DNA from: Stylophora pistillata | Lineage: Eukaryota | Reading direction: 5' to 3' | Length of the DNA: 64,000 bases | Assembly: GCF_002571385.2 (NCBI RefSeq) | Contig: NW_019217787.1 | Coordinates: 567,791-631,790 of the forward strand | Shown: one piece after another, positions 51,706-64,000 of the stretch | Layout of the letters: each line of letters begins with the position of its first letter | Position numbering within the stretch: the first letter of the stretch is position 1 | Program-made: the position numbers and the translations under genes | Notes under the pieces: generated by a model | Told to the model about the DNA's origin: nothing | Seen by the model: only the letters and a program-made list of their open reading frames with translations | Database searches by the model: none

Positions 51706-53556
51706 TCTACCCTTGATTAACCATATTCTACCACGTTCACCCTCATCTACCCTAGGTAACCCATGTTCTACCACGCTTACCCCGTCTACCCTTGATTAAC
51801 CATGTTCTACCACGTTAACCCTCATCTACCCTAAGTTAGCCATGTTCTACCACGTTAACCTTCATCTAACCTAGGTTAGCCATGTTCTACCGCGTTTACC
51901 CTCATCTACCCTAGGTAACCCGTGTTCTACCGTGTTTACCCCTATCTACCCTTGATTAACCATGTTCTACCACGTTAACCCTCATCTACCCTCGGGTAGT
52001 TGCGGGCTAACGTAGTAGTACATGGTTAAGCAAGGGTAGATGGGGGTAAGCGTGCTAGTACATGGGTTACCTAGGGTAAACGAGGGTGAACGTGGTAGAA
52101 CATGGCTAACCTAGGGTAGTCGAGGGTTATCGTGGAAGAACATGACTAAGGTGGGGTAGATGAGGCTGAACGTAGTAGGATATGGTTAAAATGGGGTAGA
52201 TGGGGGTAAACGTGGTAGAACATGGCTAACCTAGGGTAGATAAGGGTAAAGGTGGAAGAACATGATTAATCAAGGGTAGAAGGGGGCAAACGTGGTAGAA
52301 AATGGGTTACCTAGGGTAGAAGAGGGTGTACGTGGTAGAACATGGATGACCTAGGGTAGATGACGGTGAACGTGGGAGAACATGTGTTACCTAGGGAAGA
52401 TCAGGCCAAACGTGGTAGAACATGGCTAAAGTAGTGTAGATAGGGGTAATCGTGGTAGAACATGGGATACCTAGGGTAGATGAGGCTGAACGTGGTATAA
52501 CATGGCTAAGCTAGGGTAGATGGGGGTGAACTTGATAAAACATGGGTAACCTAGGGTACATGGGGCTTAACGTGGTAGAACATGGGTTACCTAGGGTAGA
52601 TGAGGATGAACGTGGTACAACATGGCTGACCTAGGGTAAATGAGGATTACGTGGTAGAACATGGTTAATCAAGGGTAGATGGGAGTAAACGTGGTAGAAC
52701 ATGGGTTTCTTGGGGAAGATGAGGGTAAACGTGGTAGAATATGGCTTTCTTAGGGTAGTTGAGGGCTAACGTGGTAGAACATGGTTAAGGAAGGGTAGAT
52801 GGGGGTAAACGTGGTAAAACATGGGTTTCTTAGAATAGATGAGGGTGAACGTGGTAGAATAGGGCTAACCTAGGGTAGTTGAGGGCTAACGTGGTAGAAC
52901 ATGGTTAAGCAAGGGTAGATGGGGGTAAACGTTGTAGAACATTTGTTACCTAGGGTAGAGGAGGGTAATCGTGGTAGAGCATAGCTAACCTAGGGTAGTC
53001 GTGGGTTAACGTGGAAGAACATGGCTAAGGTAGGGTAGATAGGGGTAAACGTGGTAGAACATGGGATACCTAGGGCAGATGAGGGTGAACGTGGTAGAAC
53101 ATGGCTAACCTAGGGTAGATGAGGGTTAACGTAATAGAACATGGTTCATCAAGGGTAGATGGGGGTAAACGTGGTAGAACATGGTTAACCTAGGGTAGAT
53201 GAGGGTTACCGCGGTAGAACATGGCTAACCGAGGGTAGATGAGGGTTAACGTGGTATTACATGGTTAATGAAGGGTAGATAGGGGTAAACGTGGTAGAAC
53301 ATGGGTTATCTTGTGTAGATGAGGGTCAACGTAGTAGAACATGGCTAACCTAGGGTAGATAAGAGTTAACGTGGTAGAGTATGGCTAACCTAGGGTAGAT
53401 GGGGCTGAACTTGGTAGAACATGGGTAACCTAGGCTAGATCGGGTTGAGGTGGTAAAACATGGTTAATGAAGAGTAGATGGGGGTAAACGTGGTAGAGCA
53501 TGGGTTACCTATGGTAGATTAGGGCGAACGTGGTAGAACATGGCTAACCTAGGGTA

Positions 53557-53668
53557 AAGGCTGATAGTTGCGAAAGAAACTGTATGGGGTTGCGTCGGTA
53601 GTAGTAACGAAATAATTTGGATATATCAACAAAGTTGAATTGGTAAATTGGCCACCGTAACGATTACA

Positions 53669-53700
<32 letters not shown>

Positions 53701-53940
53701 GGAGCGAATACAGGAATTGTGGGTTGTGTGTACTTTTAAAGGCAGAGAATGGAGCTCCGTTATTGGTGGGAACATGGCAACAAGGAAAACAAGAATAAAT
53801 TAGTGGAATGAAAAGCGTTCGTTGATCCCTGTGGGATTTAGACTGCCGGTTGAAAGATGAACTTTTGTTCAAGATTTTTATGGCTTTCCGTGCTACCTAA
53901 GTGTAAGGAAAGACCGCAGATTGCCATATGTTGCTTAGAA
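53557..53940 (-). mobile_element. Penelope-like element 3' end inserted in the satellite; hammerhead motif at 53672-53705
   Basis: Near-identical to 6442-6818. Hammerhead reverse complement gct CCGACGA a gggctaacgctt GAAA c GTC agc. Confidence 0.75.
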
Positions 53941-55078
53941 TGATTAGGGTAGTCGAGGGCTAACGTGGTAGAACATGTTTAATGAACCCNNNNNNNNNNN
54001 NNNNNNNNNNNNNNNNNNNNNNNNNNNNNNNNNNNNNNNNNNNNNNNNNNNNNNNNNNNNNNNNNNNNNNNNNNNNNNNNNNNNNNNNNNNNNNNNNNNN
54101 NNNNNNNNNNNNNNNNNNNNNNNNNNNNNNNNNNNNNNNNNNNNNNNNNNNNNNNNNNNNNNNNNNNNNNNNNNNNNNNNNNNNNNNNNNNNNNNNNNNN
54201 NNNNNNNNNNNNNNNNNNNNNNNNNNNNNNNNNNNNNNNNNNNNNNNNNNNNNNNNNNNNNNNNNNNNNNNNNNNNNNNNNNNNNNNNNNNNNNNNNNNN
54301 NNNNNNNNNNNNNNNNNNNNNNNNNNNNNNNNNNNNNNNNNNNNNNNNNNNNNNNNNNNNNNNNNNNNNNNNNNNNNNNNNNNNNNNNNNNNNNNNNNNN
54401 NNNNNNNNNNNNNNNNNNNNNNNNNNNNNNNNNNNNNNNNNNNNNNNNNNNNNNNNNNNNNNNNNNNNNNNNNNNNNNNNNNNNNNNNNNNNNNNNNNNN
54501 NNNNNNNNNNNNNNNNNNNNNNNNNNNNNNNNNNNNNNNNNNNNNNNNNNNNNNNNNNNNNNNNNNNNNNNNNNNNNNNNNNNNNNNNNNNNNNNNNNNN
54601 NNNNNNNNNNNNNNNNNNNNNNNNNNNNNNNNNNNNNNNNNNNNNNNNNNNNNNNNNNNNNNNNNNNNNNNNNNNNNNNNNNNNNNNNNNNNNNNNNNNN
54701 NNNNNNNNNNNNNNNNNNNNNNNNNNNNNNNNNNNNNNNNNNNNNNNNNNNNNNNNNNNNNNNNNNNNNNNNNNNNNNNNNNNNNNNNNNNNNNNNNNNN
54801 NNNNNNNNNNNNNNNNNNNNNNNNNNNNNNNNNNNNNNNNNNNNNNNNNNNNNNNNNNNNNNNNTATTATTATTATTATTATTATTGGGAGGTGATATGG
54901 ACCCAATATGAACGCTTTACCAGTCAGAGGGAGATGGCCTGATAGGCTCCTCTGGAGAAGTAGCTTACTTTGTGCCAGTATCGGACTTTTTAACCTACTA
55001 AATTGGGATGTAAACTAATCCTAACTTTTTTTTTAAACCGAATGCCTACAGTTTCAACTCCGAAAATGCCCTTAGACT

Positions 55079-55233
55079 GGGGCGGATCGAGGATTTTAGT
55101 CAAGGGGGGTTCGGAGAATATTCCGAGGGCATGCTCCCCGGGGAGATTTTGAAAATTGGGCCTTCGGAAACATGATTTCCAGCATTTTAGGGGGTTCGAC
55201 CAAACCACTCGAACCACCACTTGATCCGCCTCA
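55079..55233. mobile_element. Harbinger-like MITE
   Basis: TIR-like ends ggggcggatc ... gatccgcctc. Confidence 0.5.
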
Positions 55234-55250
55234 GCTAAGAGTTGTTCAGA

Positions 55251-55284
55251 GCTCTGACGAAGGGCTAACGCTCGAAACGTCAGA
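55251..55284 (+). ncRNA. Minimal hammerhead ribozyme motif, intact core, weak stem I
   Basis: gct CTGACGA a gggc-taac-gctc GAAA c GTC aga. Confidence 0.65.
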
Positions 55285-55983
55285 TTTAAAATGAGCGACT
55301 CATCTGACAAAGATAGCTACCCCCGCGACGCAACGCATTTCATACCCACTGTGAGGGGAAGAATACATTCTAGTACAACGATTCGACTGTGAGGAAAATA
55401 GCGCGAAAGGGCATGTTCTAATGCTAACTCGTCTATTGGTTAAGTAACTTACGTTCGTCATGATCAGTTACTCGACAAGTGGTCCACATGAAACGGCCAG
55501 AGCTACCATTCGTTCGGACGAAGGACTTTAGAAACACTTTACTAAATAATTTTGTTATACCCCCTCCGAGGTAATTTCTTTAGAAACTTACCCCCTTTAT
55601 TCAGAGCTACCATCAGTTTACGAAAAAGTTCCGACTTTTCGGAACAGTTTGCGAATAAGTTCCGTCTTTTCACACGAAATGAAGAAACTATAAGCGCCGA
55701 CGTTTATCCATTTGTGCCGAAAGCATGGCTTCTCAAGGAACATGTGTTCATGTATACTTTATTCGAAAGTGGTTGATTGCATAATAAACGGTGAACAGAA
55801 TTACAAGTTTTCCAAATAAGATTTCTCTCAGCTTGAAACATGTTCGAAGCCGAACCTATTGACTTCAAGGTGCATTCTTAAGTTTTATATCCGGCTTTTA
55901 CAAAGCCTCTGTGTGGATGGTAGAAGTAAAAAAGTGTGGACGTAATAAAGCCCCCACACTTCTTCGACACGGCTCAAGGAGAG

Positions 55984-58900
55984 TTACTTCCCCTTGCTTC
56001 CCTTTCCTTTTCCTTTCGTCTCGGACCGCCTCTGTGCCTTTCGTGACGCTGTTTTTCCCTGCTGACTGTATTTTTGGTCGTCGTTTCTAAATTTAAAAAA
56101 AGAGAGGGTAAAAAGACTATGACATAGACCACAAGTATGTCTCTTCCACTCACTAGATAAGTAAGACATTCTCGACAACATACGCAGACACCCTACCTAC
56201 TCATAGTGAGCTTGTCACGACATCCTTTTCCCCCTTCCCAGTGGGAAGAGCGTGACTTGGTCACGGACGATTTACAGCCATTACAAGGACGCTGAGAGTA
56301 TGGCTGAAAGAAATGAGTAAAACTCGCTTAAAACATTTATATAACATAATTTATGTCGATCCTCTCTCAGTCGCAGCTGCTTTCACATTTCTTTTAAAGT
56401 CAGTTCCATTATTTTTACTTGCAAAGGCAATTAATTTGAGGTCTCGAGTGATAATCACTTCGTCAGTCAAACCTCGCGTGATTAAACCAGATCATGAAAA
56501 TATCATGCCTATGCCAGCGAGTGCATGGCTAGTGCAAACTGTCTTCAGAGTTGGTTTATCTAGGCTATAGGAATTCTTGCATATTGCTCGGTCCTTCTAA
56601 ATCTATGAATACCTCAATTATTTCAGGGCCAAAACATAAATGGATGCGCCCCTTTTCTTCGATGGTGAACATTACACCAATTCTTTCCCAAAGAAACGAA
56701 AAAAAAAAAAAAAGAAGAAGAAAAAGAAGAGAACAGCGGCAACATCGGGATAATGAAGAAAGCAAGTGAACAGCGTAAACTTGGTGGATCAGACCTAATT
56801 CCACTCCAAACATGTTAAGAATCCATTGCACATACTCTTACTGTAGAAACACTCACTTGCTCTTTGGAACAGAAGCCACAAACCATCCGCGTGGCATATT
56901 TCATTTCATGACTTTCTTGTACCTCGTGGCATAAATCACATGGATAACATTTTCCACAACAAGGGAACCTAGAAAAGAGTACAAAATGTTTGTTAAAGCG
57001 ACTCACAGGAATGTACAGTCAAATAATTTGGCGAGAGGCTCCTGCACCTAGTAATACATAATTCTATCAGTTTTAGGGAGGTCATCGATTTAAATCCTCG
57101 CAGGAGATAAATATTTCATCTAGTGTCTAACTTCAGTGAAAATTGAACATATACTGTAACTACAATCAAGATCTTCAGCGGCAATATAATTCCCTACCAA
57201 GAAATAATCTGTTATGTTTTGTGAGTTCAAAACAGTTTTAATGTCTTACCCAAATCAAACAATTTACTTCTGCAATGGAAAACAATTTGAAAAAGACAAG
57301 TTCTCGGGGCTTACGTACTATAATTCAGTTATCTTTTTTTTAACACCATAAGTTATGAACCTCATGACATTACCTGAGCCACCTGTAACTCTTCTTGTAG
57401 TGTTTACAGGTTCCGTTACCTGGTAATGGCTGACCTTCCTTTATTCCTGAGCTTTGAGCTGGCCTCTTAGGCTTGGAAGAAGTACTTGAATCTTTGGTTT
57501 TTTTAAGGGAGGCTGAAGAAATGTATTATGAAATGTACATTCAGTATCAAATGATTCTTCAATCTTTTTCATTACATCTAGGTAAGAAGCAAACGGTTCA
57601 CAAAATGATGATGTTCAGTCATCTGTCCCCCACCAAGTAAATACTTATTTGAGAGGATGGCTTACTGAGGAGAAGGGTTCATTGGGTTAGCCCTATTGAA
57701 CATATTTTATGTGTACAAATTCCTGAATAATAAGCATGTGTACAGACTACTGAGTAAGATGCTATAGAAATTCTTTCTTTTACAACCTGCTTGTGTTGCA
57801 TCATTCTGTAATTCATGAAAGCGAGTTGACGGTATGTGGAATTCAAGCTTTAAATGGCAATGCCTACACCAGCTCCAGTTGGCTCCATACTGCAGCCCCT
57901 ACATAATAATATGATAGGTTTGATGTTGCAGTCAGTATCTTTCCTATTTGTGAGACATTCTTGTTCAAGGAGTTGTCCTTGCTGTACAGTCAGAATTAAC
58001 ATACACTCTCTTTGTAACAGCAACATTTCGGGCCATCATTGACCTTTGTTCACTCCAATTTCTTTAATCACAGCTTTGTTGTGAGTATCTTTCCTTTAGC
58101 TGGGTGACCTTTGTGAATGATTCATTTCCTTAGGTGAAAGTTATTTCTTTGCATAAGTATTGTTATCATTGATCTGGGTTAAAGACAATTAGGACAACTA
58201 TAACATTTACAACAGTTTTAGATCTAAAATGTCTCAGTAGGTTAATATCAAGACACCAATTGCTGGCTGTTTCAACCATCACTACACCAACCTTCACTGC
58301 TGTTTCTTTAGAACAGTGTAAACAACCTATCTTCAATTCACTTTCTGCTAGAACCACATCAAATGGAACACAGCTGTATGTGATAAATGCGACAGGTATA
58401 AGATTGATAATATTCAAGATCTCAAAACAACAATAGGCAAAAAATAAATGGGTGCAGAAAAAGTCCAGTTGTGTTCCAACATATTTCTAGATACTTCTTC
58501 CCAAGACATAAAAATCAATATTTATGAGCAAGCAAGCAAACTAGCACTTAGCAGCTAAAAAAATAAAACTGATATTAAATAACTGAAATGATAAAAGAGC
58601 TTGTGGCATTAACCCTGAACATATCACCTTGAAGTTCACGATTCTCATTTCACAAGTAAAAGGATTTTTATTCCAGTGCAGTAAAGTTTTTGTTCTGCTT
58701 TGGAGAGCAGTATACTGTTTGAATATGAAATTAGAATTATTTTTATTACACAGTTCAATTTGAATGATCTCTTCACTCACCCATCCAAGTCTAAATATCC
58801 TAGAATTGAGGAAAACTGATGAATAACAACTGGTCTGTAGGTAACAGCAAAGACTGAAGCACATCTGGTACACTGCCTACAAACAGATCTGTAATAGGAA

Positions 58901-61900
58901 GGAGTTATAATACAATTATAATTTCAAATTTCTAATCACAAGGGAATTACCAAGCAAGATGGCAACATATTAGTTTAGAGGTGAAAGCTGAGAACTTTGA
59001 CACCATCCTCTATGCACTGCATGCATTGTGCTACCCAGTCCACAGGCATCCCTGTTTAAAGAAAGAGTCTGTCTTATAACAGGAATAACGGTGATAGCAA
59101 AGCAAGCCCAAAACAGCAGAGATTGCCAGAAACCTAACTGACACACAAGGAGTGAGTAAATTTTGTTAATGTTACATGACTGTAAAATGTTTACATTTTG
59201 GAATACTTAGTGCTGTTAATCAACCATGTTTCATTCCCATACTATTTCTTCTTATAATAATGCATTCAAATTCTCAACAGTTCATTGCATAACTGAACAC
59301 TACATCACCCATTGACACTTTTGCAAATTAGTCTATTGCTTTTTCTTGAGATGTCAGCTTGGGATGCCTGTGCCCAGTCCAGCAAAAAAAAGATGGACCT
59401 TTTGTAGATGCAGTTCATTAAATAGTCCTTTCATTCCATTCATGTACAAGTGCATGTACTTTAACTAAATACATACCCTGATCCAGACAACTGTTGATCA
59501 ATCCTCTGCCTGCACCTGTTGCACTCTAAAGTGAAAACTATCCTATTTCCAATCAAGGTGCTCACATTCTCTTCTAAATGAAGTCCTCTAAACTGAATTT
59601 CTGTTCCTCTCCTGACAGCCAAGGCAATATCATCAGTAATTCCTGCCTGATTGGCATGATCAGTTTCATTGTTTGAAATACCTTGTCCACAGTTAATATC
59701 TTCAATGCTTGCAGGTAGATATTTATTGTCCATGTCAACAGTTGCCTTCACTGTCTTGCTTTCCACCATTAATATTATTCCAGTACCAATATTAGAGTCG
59801 CAAGGTCTAATGGTACAATTTTCTCCTTCATGTCCACTAGGCTTTTTAGCTTCAATTTGGTGACACAATAAGGCCTGCTTTATATCATCTTTCTCTATTT
59901 CAACCATATTAAGACTCTCAGAAGGCTCATGACTTTTAGTTCTGTTGAAGTGAACTCTATCTCCACTGATTGGATGATTGTCATTGCTTTCTTCAAGCAC
60001 AGGAACACTTTCTAATGTGAACCCTGAGTGTGGTGTTGATGCAGTTGCTAATATACAGATATTGTCTTGAGAAGGATTGTCAGCTACTTCGCACTCTATT
60101 GTGCTGCTTGAATAAAAGCCTCCTTTCACCTGTACAGAATTAAAAACCGCATCATATAGGTTAGAGTCAGTGTAAATGAATGAACACTTGCTGGTTTTGA
60201 TAGCCATAGTTGACCATGACTATTAATATATCTCTGATTACAAAAAAGTGCTTGATTCAGTAATTGGGTAAGTTCTAATATTGTTATTGCTCTGCTTTCT
60301 GAATTGAGGAAGGCGACATTTCCATTTCAAAGATTCATGAACAGCAAAGGTTAAAACTAAAATGTATACCTTGAAAGATAAATAAAATTTGCCAAAACAG
60401 TTCACTGTTTTCATCACATGATAACAGTTCATTACATGATAACAGTTGAAATTCACGTTAAACTTATGATGGTTCAGCAGTGGGCCAAGTTGAAACAGAT
60501 ACCATCCATCCCAGAGAGTTCCAGCTTTAATCTTTGTTAACTTCTCAATCATAATTTGCTTGACTAGTGTTTTGCCTGAGAGGCCCTTTTATCAAAAATC
60601 ACTGGAGGCAAAGGAATAATGATGCATGGGTCAATTCAACATGTTACTCTCCCATCACCATTTGTCTGCCAAATAATGCATAGTTCACCCTTTTGAAAGT
60701 GCTCTTGAATGCTTGAGGCATTTAAAGCTCATCACCTATGCTAGAGAAATGTAAGCTTGTTTTTACTTCCTTCCAAGCAGACTTTTCAAATGTCTTGTTA
60801 CAACTGTTTCGAGAAAGGTTGTTGGAAAAAAGGACAAAAGTGCATGCAACAACCTTGAAAGGTTGTAGCACGTTGCCAGAGACTCTTTATTCAGGTTTTC
60901 TGCCTAACAAACTGCATGAGTGTGTATGCTTTACTGAATTTGCATACAATGTGTTATGCTTTTTAAATATGCGTAGTCGCAATGTAACATGCCAATGTTA
61001 TCACGTGCTAATATGTTAAATTCCCTTTTCTTTATAAGCTATGTTAATTGGAATAAAAGTAAACAAAAGCAAGCATTCATTGCATTGTGTATCTGTGAAT
61101 TCGATGACTCGTCTTCAGCTCCAATTGATTCTCAAACCGTTCGAAGATAATGATAATAATGATAATGACAATAATCTGAGTATCTGGCAATCAATATGAA
61201 TAAGTCAATAAATTCATCAAACCAACGATACCTTCTCCTTTCAGTAACATTTGCTCAGATTTCTCTGAAATCCTGAAGTTAAGGAGCTGTGACCTGAAAA
61301 CTATCCACAACACCTTTTGGGATTTTCATGCCCTTTTATACTTTTTTTTTCAACAACCATTGTTAAACAGCTGAACAAGTAAATGCATTAATTAAAATTC
61401 TAGGAGCTGTTTGAAATGAACAATAGATCAAACAATCTACTAGCTTGATGTAAATTGTATTTTTTTTTTTTCAGGAACATTCATGTGAAGGATATGCACA
61501 CCGGATTTTAGTTTTATCTTTGTATAAATGAGATATACCTGCCTTCCTCCATCCACAATGAAAGATTCTAGGTTCCTGTCAAACCAATGGAGAAATGGTC
61601 TGAAGTATAGCTTTAAAATTCCTTGATCTATACTTGCTTGCTCTTGCTTCACAGCCCATTGTTGAATTTTTTGAGTTACAAACCTTGCAAAAACAGACAC
61701 CTTAAGTTAGAAGTACCACGATGGGCACAAAACATAATCTTAAGCACAAAGATCCAAATTAAAGTAGGTTATGGCTGGTAAAAGGGGAGAGCAACACTGC
61801 AGTATTCTGTAACATACACCATACTTGTTAATCCATTGACCCCTAAGAGGGACTAACATCTAATTTCTCTTTACATTATCCTCCCAAATCGAATCAGACA

Positions 61901-64000
61901 TAAAGCTTACAAGAATAGAGGAAATGATCACCAACTAAAGACATTCTTGGTTATTAAACAAATTCTTCTTGTCAGCACCTTAGGAAATGTATTGAGAACA
62001 GTATGGAGAATATATATATTGATGTTAGGGTGTACAGGGTTAATAGCACTAAATTCAGTATAAATAGTCCTTCCCCAGAATCAATTGAAAAGTTTCTCTT
62101 GTCAAAACTCTTATTCATCAAAGAAGTGGAGCCAAAAATGTTATAATCTAATGCCAAACCACAAGACACAGCCTAGCAACATCATATCATAAAAAGGTGA
62201 TATATAGCTTTCTCAGTAAAACAGCACAATTTGAATATTCATAATAGTATACTTGATAATATCTTGAGAAAGAACTTGTTCCTTGGATAGGGATGCTGCA
62301 AAAATCTAAACAGTAAAAATACTCAGTAATTAAAAAACATGCACTATCATAGCACTTTCCTGAAGCTACTGGGTAAGAGGTGCTAGTTGAAGAGAGATTT
62401 AGTAATAAGGACACAGAGCCTAAGAATGGATCTCATGCAAAGCTGGTGCAACTGCTCAGTTGTGAAAAGGTTTTAATTATAATTACAAAATGCCCTCATA
62501 ACTCCTTGTCTGGGATGTCAGCTTATATTTCTGTCCATGCTCTGATACATCCACACTGTTCTATCTTTTTCTCCCTTCACCTTACACTTGCTAAAATTGC
62601 CTCATGATTTTAAAACAATGATGATTGATTGTAATTAATTCAGAGCAATACATTCTGAGTGGCCACATAGTATTGTTTAAGTCTCCTTAGTACACTGCAC
62701 ACAATAACATAAAATTAAAACGATTCCCTTAACGGTGAAATTAACTTCACCATCCAGCAGCCCCAACTTTTATCCTATGCTGAACTCACATGTAAAGGAT
62801 AATCCTCTGGAAAGGATACATCAAGGTATACTGCTTCAATCTTAAAAGCCTGTAAAACAAAAAACAGGACTTGCCACATACCAAATTTAAAATCTTTTCT
62901 TTAAATTCTTGAATCAAATACCAAAGCTTCACTTCTAATGACCTTTTATCAGGCTACTAGATTTTCCAGAACGGTTCTTTAAAATTAGCCTTTTGTGGCT
63001 GAAATAATTATAGCACAAAAATTTTATCTTATGTGTCTACTGATACTTTATGTACCTGGCTACTGATTATGTTTTACAAACCATTGCTTGTTTAGGAAAA
63101 CATGAATGAATCTGACTATTTTAGTCTTCTGAAACATATCTGTATCTTCTGAAAAGTATCTGATTTTATTAAGATATTTGATTCCTATAGTAAAACAACA
63201 ATTAGTATTTAATAAGAAGGAAGGAAATTCAAATCACTGTCAGTATCTGAGGAACTGCCTACCTACTCCTCCCCTACCCAAAAAACAGTCAACTGATAAC
63301 AAGTTAGGGGAGGGGTAGGTGTGCAATTGCTCTGATACTGTACTGTCATTGATCCAAAAATTCATGTAAGCAGACTCCAGCACACAGCATCTGCCTACAA
63401 ATCCTTTCATTTTGTCCTCCCATGAGTGGATATCTTTCTTCCACATACAGTTTTTTTTTTTATGCACAGTGTCTCTACTTTCAAATTATGAGACAGAACA
63501 TATTTGACTTACCCAGTCTGGATCTGTTGGTTTAAATTTAATCTTGTAACAGCTATTTTCTGTGATTTCATAGTAATTGTCTTTGAATCGTCTTTTAAGT
63601 TGCTGTATCTCAATTGATCTCAGTCTCATACATTCATCAGGTGGTTGTTCATTGACAACCTTCCCCTTGTCTTCGGCTATGGATTTTTTGCCAGGTGGCG
63701 ATGGGATTTGGGCTTTTTTGTTATTCCTGATAACTTCATTTTGATTATCTGACTGTGCACTACGTGAATCTGCTGGCTGTCCAGTAAACTGCTTGGTAGA
63801 AATAGAGGGTTTAGATGCGGCCTCGCTCAGTTGAGGTCTCTTGTTATTTGACAGATTGCCTGCTTTTTTAGACCCTTTTCCCGCTGGAGGCTTCATTTCG
63901 GTTTTGTCACTAGAAGTAGTCACGTGTGCGAATGGACACCTGTTGCCTCTTAAGCATCCCTTCTTTTTTTTAAAGAATTTACACACAACTCTTCGTCTAT
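55984..64000 (-). CDS. CCCH zinc finger + RWD-like + Cys-rich zinc-ribbon + CHY zinc-finger protein (5' end outside window)
   Basis: Exons >64000-63513, 62849-62790, 62305-62253, 61683-61539, 60129-59477, 58888-58781, 58373-58292, 57898-57787, 57512-57374, 56968-56857, 56303-56197, 56086-55984, with consistent phases. Motifs CKFF...GCLRGNRCPFAH, PTDPDW...FPEDYP, FRPFLHWFDRNLE, GTCKHYKKSYRWLRFPCCGKCYPCDLCH, RMVCGFCSKEQ, HWEGGKGCRD. Confidence 0.85.
61832..62039. mobile_element. Diverged piggyBac-type MITE (TTAA TSD)
   Basis: TTAA|tccattgacccctaa ... ttagggtgtacaggg|TTAA; resembles the 27003-27205 class. Confidence 0.55.

Larger units (their letters stand above)
51421..53989. repeat. 40-bp minisatellite array with an internal orientation switch
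   Basis: Unit ~ggtagaacatggctaacctagggtagatgagggtaaacgt. C-rich orientation 51421-51991, G-rich orientation 51994-53556; resumes at 53944-53989 before the gap. Confidence 0.92.

Noticed and set aside
51421-53989. CRISPR array or interstitial telomere
   Set aside because: The units are contiguous with no unique spacers and no cas genes, in a eukaryotic context; TAGGG/TAACC words occur only as parts of a 40-bp unit, not as (TTAGGG)n.

Overview
Eukaryotic genomic DNA with GT-AG introns. The repeat families and gene content suggest a cnidarian, probably a robust-clade scleractinian coral (inference). From left to right: (1) the right end of a decayed Polinton/Maverick (adintovirus-like) endogenous virus, with a capsid-like pseudogene, ending in ...CTACTACT and abutting a CR1/L2-type LINE reverse transcriptase at its KAFD motif; (2) a 4-exon membrane-anchored sulfotransferase (+); (3) an 11-exon mitochondrial ATP synthase alpha gene (-), head-to-head with (4) an intron-containing fused HisH-HisF (HIS7) imidazole glycerol phosphate synthase (+), a de novo histidine biosynthesis enzyme that most animals lack; (5) a hAT transposase relic; (6) PGGT1B (-); (7) a LITAF-domain gene (-); (8) FKBP8 (-); (9) a fold-back 40-bp satellite; (10) a CCCH/RWD-like/CHY zinc-finger gene (-) whose 5' end lies beyond the window. 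The non-coding DNA holds seven Penelope-type minimal hammerhead ribozyme motifs (intact to degenerate). Three insertions share one signature: TSD, inverted partial copy, direct copy, TSD. Two of these are Penelope-derived and one is a tRNA-derived SINE, which suggests a SINE mobilised by Penelope machinery. There is also a ~1.07-kb long-TIR foldback element with a 7-bp TSD and many MITEs. Exon models were read by hand and checked for frame. Family assignments come from remembered motifs, not database searches.
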